A DNA stretch of 64,000 bases from an uncultured candidate division Zixibacteria bacterium (GTDB taxonomy: Bacteria > Zixibacteria > MSB-5A5 > GN15 > FEB-12). The notes beneath the pieces are model-generated. The model saw only the letters and a list, made by a program, of their open reading frames with translations. It ran no database searches and was not told the DNA's origin. The stretch lies in the NCBI GenBank assembly GCA_963806185.1, contig CAWDXE010000006.1, positions 9,095 to 73,094 of the forward strand. The letters are read 5' to 3'. Made by a program: the position numbers and the translations under genes. Below, piece after piece: positions 57,825-64,000 of the stretch. Numbering within the stretch: the first letter of the stretch is position 1; each line of letters begins with the position of its first letter.

Positions 57825-59684
57825 ATGTCCCGAATTTGCGGACTTGTCCATAGTGTCCTGACTACCGATCAGCTCGAGACGGCCGCGGCTATGATGTTGG
57901 CGCCGCTGCGCCATTCCAATGATTTTTCGATCGAATCTTCCCTCGCTGCCCCGGCGTTCTTCGGACGATCCTATCTGCGTGCATTCAACTTCTCCACCTT
58001 TCTCGCGACCCGACCCGAAGATCAGCTAATGGTCGCCTTTTGCGGCTATCTGCGTGACATCGATCGGTTGCGCGATGAGGTGAAGCGCGATTCGTCGGGC
58101 ATTGTCAGGCCGGAGAATCCTGCCGACGTGTTCGCTTACCTGCTGCCCCGTCGCGGCATGAAAATGCTGGCCGATATGTCGGGAAGTTTCACCTTCGCCA
58201 TGTGGGACGGAAAACGCAAACGGCTGTCGATCGGTACCGACCGCTACGGCATGCGTCCCTTGTATTATCGATTAGTCAACGGTGGCTTCGCCTTCGCCTC
58301 GGAAATTAAGGCAATCACCGCCGTCGTCAACGACACCGACGTCGACATGATTGCCTGGCAGGAACTGTTTGGTTTCGGCCATCCACTTTCTGATCGCACC
58401 ACCTACGCCAGGATTAAGCGCCTCCCGGCCGCGACGGTGATCAGCTTCGACAACGGTCGCGTCAGCAGCGAGAAATACTGGTCGTACGGCGCCATCGTCA
58501 TCGATCCAAAACTAACCGTGCCCGATTTTGCGGATGAAGCCCAGCGCTTGCTGCAGCATTCCATTGCCCGCCTCATGAATCAGATCGAAAAACCAATCTG
58601 CATGCTGAGCGCGGGGTTTGATTCCCGACGGGTGTTCCTCGAACTGATCAAACAAAACAAGGGTCTGACCGCTTACACCTGCGCCATCGTCCCTCCCGAC
58701 GGCTCCTACATGTGCGATCTGGATATCGCCCGCGCGCTCTGCGCGGAATTCAAAATACCACACGTGGGCATCGATCAGGCGCCTTCCGATCAACAGGGTC
58801 AGATCGCCCGCCACTTGTATCGGCTGCTCGATTTCGATACCGATCAGCACCGCTGGATTATGCCCCTCATTCCCCGGATACCGGTTGCCTCCGGGGTCAA
58901 CTTCGACGGCATCGGCGGCGACATTCTCTTTCAGGATAACTGGGCCACTGAGGACGTGCTCGACGATTCCACGGATCGGAACAAACTCGCGGCAACTATT
59001 GAACGACTGACACCTCATCATTGGTCGGCTCACTTCAGGGGCGAGGTCGGTTTTGGCTCCAATGTGCCCCGGATTCTGGAAATTCTGGAGAGCCTCCCCT
59101 TCGATGAACATCTGTTTTCCACCTTCTTTCTCATCAACTGGACGCGGCGCAAGACGGCGCTCTTCAGCCACGGCCTCATTTCGTTGAAAGTCGACTCCGT
59201 GCTGCCCTTCCTCGATTACGATCTGGTGGATTTCACCTTCCGCCTGTCTCCACGGCTGAAGCAGAGAGAATCCTCGGCCGAAGGAATGCTCCGTCGTACT
59301 CATCCTGATCTGATGGCGCGCATACCTTCCTCGCATTATCCGGGCATCTTTACCAATCCCGATAAGCACTGCCGACCGTTTTGCACTCCGGTGCCGTCCG
59401 GCTATTGGCCGAAGTCACGGCACGCCACGTATCGGACCGCCATGGCCGACCTCCTCGCCACGCCTGAGATCATGCCGCAGCTTTCCTCACGCGCCCGCCT
59501 GGCTCTCAATGCCATGAGATTCTCCCGCCTGGTAGGCGTGAGCATTCCCGCAATAGATAAACGCGCCTGGCCGCTCAGACTGCTCGGCCTTTATGCCATG
59601 CAGCGCCGCTCGTCCTTACATCCGTCATGGGGTGAAGAACAACTCAGGCTCGCACGCGCGTACGTCTACGATTCGTCGCACTGA
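57825..59684 (+). CDS. asparagine synthetase B-like amidotransferase (EPS-locus type)
   Basis: 619 aa. Ntn-glutaminase-like N-domain (RICGL.., DRYGMRPLYY). Synthetase domain with the PP-loop-like CMLSAGFDSR. Confidence 0.8.
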   Translation: MSRICGLVHSVLTTDQLETAAAMMLAPLRHSNDFSIESSLAAPAFFGRSYLRAFNFSTFLATRPEDQLMVAFCGYLRDIDRLRDEVKRDSSGIVRPENPADVFAYLLPRRGMKMLADMSGSFTFAMWDGKRKRLSIGTDRYGMRPLYYRLVNGGFAFASEIKAITAVVNDTDVDMIAWQELFGFGHPLSDRTTYARIKRLPAATVISFDNGRVSSEKYWSYGAIVIDPKLTVPDFADEAQRLLQHSIARLMNQIEKPICMLSAGFDSRRVFLELIKQNKGLTAYTCAIVPPDGSYMCDLDIARALCAEFKIPHVGIDQAPSDQQGQIARHLYRLLDFDTDQHRWIMPLIPRIPVASGVNFDGIGGDILFQDNWATEDVLDDSTDRNKLAATIERLTPHHWSAHFRGEVGFGSNVPRILEILESLPFDEHLFSTFFLINWTRRKTALFSHGLISLKVDSVLPFLDYDLVDFTFRLSPRLKQRESSAEGMLRRTHPDLMARIPSSHYPGIFTNPDKHCRPFCTPVPSGYWPKSRHATYRTAMADLLATPEIMPQLSSRARLALNAMRFSRLVGVSIPAIDKRAWPLRLLGLYAMQRRSSLHPSWGEEQLRLARAYVYDSSH

Positions 59685-59761
59685 ACCTTTCAATTTCGCT
59701 CAGCGTAGACAACGTCGAGGGCCGACGTACGCCGTTTGGTATGTCTTGGTAGGGAGAATCT

Positions 59762-60772
59762 TCAATAGCCGGAAGGATGGCGCAAACGGGCGATACGGCC
59801 CCAGTCGGCGCGTGCCAGTCGGCACTGTTTCATCCACGGACGGTCCCCGCGCAGGATATTTCGATTGAGCATCAAGGCGTCCTTGGTTCCCGGGGCAAGT
59901 GGCAGATGATTCTTCCCGGGCTGCACACCGAGGCCGAGGCGGAAACCGATCTCCTGTGTGACTTGCAAAACCACGGGCGAGTAGTTGCCGTTGGGATACG
60001 AAATGATCTCCGGCGTCTGTCCGGTCAAGTGCTGCAGCGCCACCTGATTCTGCTCGATTTGGTGGCGAATGTCACCAGGACCGTAAATCGTGAGGATGGC
60101 GTGATCGAGCGTGTGATTGCCGATATGCACGAGCGGATGGCCGGCGAACTCTCGTAGTTCGGCCGGCGTAAACGGGCGATCCAGTTCCCCCTGTGGTCGC
60201 AGCGCCCCTACACCAAATTCGGCCACCAGTGCCCGCTCGATTTCATCGTGGCGACGCACTTTCATTTGATTCTGTTCCAGCCGTATGGCCGACACTGAGG
60301 CTCCCGCTTTGCGCCGTTCGCGGTAAAGCACGTCCCACCAGAAACAACGATTGTTCACAATGTGATTCGACGAAATGAAGAACACCGCCGGAATGGTGTA
60401 CTCGCGCAAAATCCCCAGTACTCGCACATTGTCATGATAGCTGTCGTCAAAGGTCAGGAGGACATACCGGCCGTCGTCAGGCAGGCCGCGAAGCACCTGG
60501 TCCGGCGAGACGAATTGATAGCCGGCCTGTAAGTAGTATTCGAGAAACTCCCGGAAGCGGGTCATCAGCACCCCTTCGAGAGGATCGACTGTCGGGTCCT
60601 GCATTTCTGCTTCGTCCACAAACAGCTTGTGGAAGAGAAATGACAATAACCCCGGACCGTCGCCGAAAAACCTCAGATGCTCCAGAGCAAGTGATTGACT
60701 GATCGATTTGATTACAGAGGTAATTACAGACGTCACGACCGCCGGCTCTCCCTCAAAAAAAGGAAGTGGCAA
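59762..60772 (-). CDS. polysaccharide deacetylase (NodB homology domain)
   Basis: 336 aa. LLTFDDSYHDN, IGNHTLDH. Confidence 0.8.
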   Translation of the reverse strand: MPLPFFEGEPAVVTSVITSVIKSISQSLALEHLRFFGDGPGLLSFLFHKLFVDEAEMQDPTVDPLEGVLMTRFREFLEYYLQAGYQFVSPDQVLRGLPDDGRYVLLTFDDSYHDNVRVLGILREYTIPAVFFISSNHIVNNRCFWWDVLYRERRKAGASVSAIRLEQNQMKVRRHDEIERALVAEFGVGALRPQGELDRPFTPAELREFAGHPLVHIGNHTLDHAILTIYGPGDIRHQIEQNQVALQHLTGQTPEIISYPNGNYSPVVLQVTQEIGFRLGLGVQPGKNHLPLAPGTKDALMLNRNILRGDRPWMKQCRLARADWGRIARLRHPSGY

Positions 60773-60825
60773 ACTCTCCAGCCCACCGCCGGAAAGGTAG
60801 CCGATTTACTCGAAAACACAACCGC

Positions 60826-61962
60826 TTATTTGCCTTCAGACCCGTTCAGACGATGCCCGGTTACGGCCAACTTCTCGAAGAGAATTGTCGCGATACGCCC
60901 TGCTGTGTGACCATCCCACAAGTCGGGTATCCGCCCCTTCTTTGCTCTGCCCTGAAGGATTTCTTCCACCGCCGGCAGAACCTTGGCCGGATCGGGACCC
61001 GTCAGCACATTGCTCCCGACATCCACCGTAACCGGCCGCTCCGTCGACTCACGCATGGTTACGCACGGCACCTGGAGATAGGTCGTCTCTTCCTGCACGC
61101 CGCCCGAATCGGTCAGAACGAAGCGGCAGGTCGATTGCAGGCGCAGAAATTCCAGATACCCCAGCGGCTCGACTACCTTCAGCGTGTGCGCGTCAACCGT
61201 GTCCCAGAGGCCAAGACGGGTCAGTTCCTTCTGCGTGCGCGGATGGCACGGGAAGACAAACGGAATCCGCTGGGCCAACTGCTTCACCATCTGCCAGATT
61301 TCCCTGAGCCGTTCGGGATTATCGACATTCGACGGACGGTGCAGCGTCATCACTGCAAAGCCCTGTTCGGTTAGTCCGAGGTCTTTCAGAATCGTCGTCT
61401 GCCGACATGCGGCCAGACTCGAAGTAAGGGAGTCAATCATGATATTGCCGGTAAAGAAGATTCGCTCCGACGGAACCCCTTCCAGCTGGAGATGCTTGAG
61501 CCCCGAGGGCTCCGTGACAAACAGGTAGTCCGACAATCTGTCGGTTACAATACGATTAATTTCCTCCGGCATCGCCGCGTCAAATGAGCGCAGCCCCGCT
61601 TCCACATGAGCGATTGGTATTTGCAGTTTGGCCGCGACAATCGACGCCGCCAGGGTGGAATTGACGTCACCGAAAACGATGATCAGGTCCGGGCGGTCGG
61701 CCATGAGCTGACCCTCCAGCGCTACCATAATCCTCGCGGTCTGCTCGGCGTGCGTTCCCGAACCGACGCCCAGATATACGTCCGGCTTGGCCATACCGAG
61801 CTGATCGAAAAACAACGTCGACAGCTTGGGATCATAATGCTGTCCCGTGTGCACGAGCAAAGGAGCAAACCGCTCGGGATATCTCTTTAATTCAGCCAAC
61901 AGCGGGGCAGCTTTCATGAAATTCGGACGGGCGCCAACAACCAGCACAAGCTTCTTAATCAC
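60826..61962 (-). CDS. wecB: UDP-N-acetylglucosamine 2-epimerase (non-hydrolysing)
   Basis: 378 aa. VVGARPNFMKAAPL, HTGQHYD, VFGDVNSTLA, HVEAGLRSFD, TDSGGVQEE. Confidence 0.9.
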   Translation of the reverse strand: MIKKLVLVVGARPNFMKAAPLLAELKRYPERFAPLLVHTGQHYDPKLSTLFFDQLGMAKPDVYLGVGSGTHAEQTARIMVALEGQLMADRPDLIIVFGDVNSTLAASIVAAKLQIPIAHVEAGLRSFDAAMPEEINRIVTDRLSDYLFVTEPSGLKHLQLEGVPSERIFFTGNIMIDSLTSSLAACRQTTILKDLGLTEQGFAVMTLHRPSNVDNPERLREIWQMVKQLAQRIPFVFPCHPRTQKELTRLGLWDTVDAHTLKVVEPLGYLEFLRLQSTCRFVLTDSGGVQEETTYLQVPCVTMRESTERPVTVDVGSNVLTGPDPAKVLPAVEEILQGRAKKGRIPDLWDGHTAGRIATILFEKLAVTGHRLNGSEGK

Positions 61963-62230
61963 AATACGTTACTCCCATAATCCTGCGTAAACATCTTCGG
62001 TGAGGGGTCATCCCAAGCCGCCGCAAGGTCCGAAAAAATCAAGCCTTTTGCAACCGCTTTCCCGACTCATCACTCCCCCAGTATCGGCACCCCGGGGAAC
62101 ATTCGTGAACAGATCGATTCCTCCGCTATTTGCCCGCCGCCACACCCCCGGCAAACTCTGTATCCCGTTGCCCCCCAGCTAAGAACCGTCACCTTTCCGC
62201 CGATATAATGTGTATAACCGGTTAAGGTAC

Positions 62231-62259
62231 TTGAATACACTATTTGAGCACAGTATCTT
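62231..62259 (+). promoter_or_regulatory. candidate promoter (TTGAAT-17 nt-TATCTT) upstream of the chain-length determinant gene
   Basis: TTGAAT at 62231-62236, 17-nt spacer, TATCTT at 62254-62259. The -10 hexamer is the same as in the candidate at 12925. Confidence 0.3.
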
Positions 62260-62316
62260 GGGCACCGGACTGGCCCCCGGTCACCTGATTATAACCATAG
62301 CGGAGATTCTGGACAC

Positions 62317-63840
62317 ATGTCTACTAGCGAAAGTCGAGGCGTAGAAATTGGCGATATCATTGGCGTTCTCAAAAAACGCAAGTGGCTGATCATCCTCCCC
62401 TGGATTCTGGTCGCGGCGGTCGTGGCCGCCGGCTCCTATATGCTGGCGCCCAAATATCAATCCTTCGCTATTGTCTCGATCGACCCCAAAGTCCGGTTCT
62501 CCTCCGACCTCCAGCGCCTCCTCGGCATGGACGACAACTATCGCCAGCAGTCGACTGCCGCCGCGCGGGCCGACGAATTGCGGGGCGTCTACAACGAGAT
62601 TACCTCCACCTATTACATGGGCAAGCTGGCGGAGAAACTCAAACTTCTCGACAATCCCGGCCTCATTTCGCGGGCCGAAAAACTCACTCTTAAATCTCCG
62701 GGCGTGCCGCTCGATCAGATCAAACTCTACCTCCTCCAGGATGACTTGCAGGAACGGGTTTCAGTCACCTTTGCCGCCGCCAGCCAGATTAAGATCAACG
62801 TTATCTCCACCAATCCGGCCAACGCCCGCGACGTCGCCAATGCGATGGCGGAAATATTTGTCGATGAGCGGGTGAAGCAGGAACTTTCCACCATCCGTTC
62901 GTCGCAGGATTTCTCCGACGTTCAGTTGCAGAAGTATGAATCCCAACTTGAAGATAAGGTCCGCGAAAAGACCGAATTCGAGCGCCGGTATCTGCAGACC
63001 AACCAGGAATCTCCGACTACGTCGGAAAAGAACCGGTTGGACATTCAGTCCGAAATCGACCACACCAACGATGACATTACCGAGGCCCAGCAGACCGAAC
63101 GGACGATCATCGCTCAGCTCCAGTCAACGCCCAGCGCCCCCATCGACCGCCTCACCCTGCGGGAATCCGAGGATTTGCGCCGCTACAAGTCCGAGCTGGA
63201 TGGACTCCTGGGCTCGCTGGCGGACATGATGACCAAGTACACCTGGAGCGACCCGCAAATCCTGAACAACAAGGTGAAACAGGATGGTTTGATACGGAAG
63301 ATCGCCGGCGAGAACAGCCGACTGGTCGATGCCCAGTATCCGACCGCCGATGAAAAGACCCGCACTACGCTCACCAGCCTGTTCAATACGCGTACGAATC
63401 TCGATTACCTCTATTCCAAGAAGACACACTTGCTCGGAACAATCGAAGATCTCAAGAGTCACTTCAATCGGATCCCCGAATACCAGTCCACGCTCGATCG
63501 GTTGAATCGCGAGATCGCTCAGTTGACGACGCTCCGCGACAAATTCAAAGCCCAGCAGGAAAGCTCCACCATCTCGCAAGCCCTCCTCCAGGATATCTCG
63601 ACCCCCAAGTACAAGGTCGTCGAACCGGCCAAGCTGGCGATGGCTCCCTTCTCCCCGAATCGCATGAAGATTATCCTGATGGGTATCATGCTTGGACTTG
63701 TCGTCGGCGGAGCGGCCACAATGCTGGTGGAATTGCTGGATAAATCATTCAAGAAGGTCGAAGACGTCGAGCACTACCTCGACTTGACCGTACTGGGCGT
63801 GACGCCCGAGATTGAATATCTGAAACGCGTGAACCGATAG
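62317..63840 (+). CDS. wzz: polysaccharide chain-length determinant / GumC-Wzz (PCP) family protein
   Basis: 507 aa. N-terminal TM after IIGVLKKRKWLIILPWILVAAVV (Wzz motif). Long coiled-coil periplasmic region. Second TM MKIILMGIMLGLVVGGAATML near the C-terminus. No kinase domain. Confidence 0.8.
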   Translation: MSTSESRGVEIGDIIGVLKKRKWLIILPWILVAAVVAAGSYMLAPKYQSFAIVSIDPKVRFSSDLQRLLGMDDNYRQQSTAAARADELRGVYNEITSTYYMGKLAEKLKLLDNPGLISRAEKLTLKSPGVPLDQIKLYLLQDDLQERVSVTFAAASQIKINVISTNPANARDVANAMAEIFVDERVKQELSTIRSSQDFSDVQLQKYESQLEDKVREKTEFERRYLQTNQESPTTSEKNRLDIQSEIDHTNDDITEAQQTERTIIAQLQSTPSAPIDRLTLRESEDLRRYKSELDGLLGSLADMMTKYTWSDPQILNNKVKQDGLIRKIAGENSRLVDAQYPTADEKTRTTLTSLFNTRTNLDYLYSKKTHLLGTIEDLKSHFNRIPEYQSTLDRLNREIAQLTTLRDKFKAQQESSTISQALLQDISTPKYKVVEPAKLAMAPFSPNRMKIILMGIMLGLVVGGAATMLVELLDKSFKKVEDVEHYLDLTVLGVTPEIEYLKRVNR

Positions 63841-63890
63841 CGTCCAACCTCGGCCCGGTCTCTACCGCCGGCGTCGGGTGAGCAGAACGT

Positions 63891-64000
63891 CTATTTCCAC
63901 CCTTTCGCTCGATTCCAGTAGAAGAGCGCCGTCCCTTCGGGGTTGGCGACTAATTCGCGAAGTTCGGCAAATGCAATGTCGCACTGGGCATTCGTAGCCA
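63891..64000 (-). CDS. 3' end of a convergent ORF running off the window (function unknown)
   Basis: The minus-strand frame reads ...ATNAQCDIAFAELRELVANPEGTALFYWNRAKGWK-stop (TAG at 63891-63893). It is too short to classify. Confidence 0.3.
   Translation of the reverse strand, partial: ATNAQCDIAFAELRELVANPEGTALFYWNRAKGWK

Overview
High-GC bacterial chromosomal window with about 60 protein genes. I saw no rRNA, tRNA or CRISPR. Left to right: (1) A REP-like palindrome cluster, then an operon tdh-acpS-acsA-acp-kbl, a terminator, and a second alpha-oxoamine synthase paralogue. tdh and acsA are riddled with single-base frameshifts. (2) A REPtron: a RAYT (IS200/IS605-like Y1 transposase) flanked by GTAGGGCAG...CTGCCCTAC palindromes, with an AT-richer membrane-protein gene wedged between REP units. 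(3) An orphan BMC-H microcompartment shell gene with a possible Rho_N/SAP-like tail. It sits next to a three-gene operon ending in a TPR-sigma54 enhancer-binding protein. Divergent from that operon are a ~830-aa secreted protein with a T9SS/FlgD-type C-terminal domain and a lone pilin gene. (4) Mixed housekeeping and stress genes: DUF2089 pair, SAM methyltransferase, DinB, aldo-keto reductase, DGPF/YciI plus ECF42-type sigma, ECF sigma plus small soluble zinc anti-sigma, oligopeptidase B, YjbQ, ThpR, glutathione peroxidase. (5) Secreted proteins built from a distinctive FN3-like module, a shared Cys-rich dockerin-like tail and T9SS-type tails. (6) From ~32.1 kb to the window end, a ~32 kb Wzx/Wzy-type exopolysaccharide locus. 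It holds a ThDP enzyme, two FemAB/GNAT-like proteins, an ATP-grasp ligase, a CDP-sugar cassette, five or six glycosyltransferases, DegT, AsnB-like, three deacetylases, WecB and a Wzz/GumC-like protein. At least 13 frame switches occur in otherwise clearly conserved genes, several at short homopolymers. Consensus quality must therefore be checked before reading any of them as biology. Taxonomic origin cannot be assigned from the sequence alone. The domain repertoire suggests an uncultivated FCB-group or candidate-phylum organism, but that is inference only.
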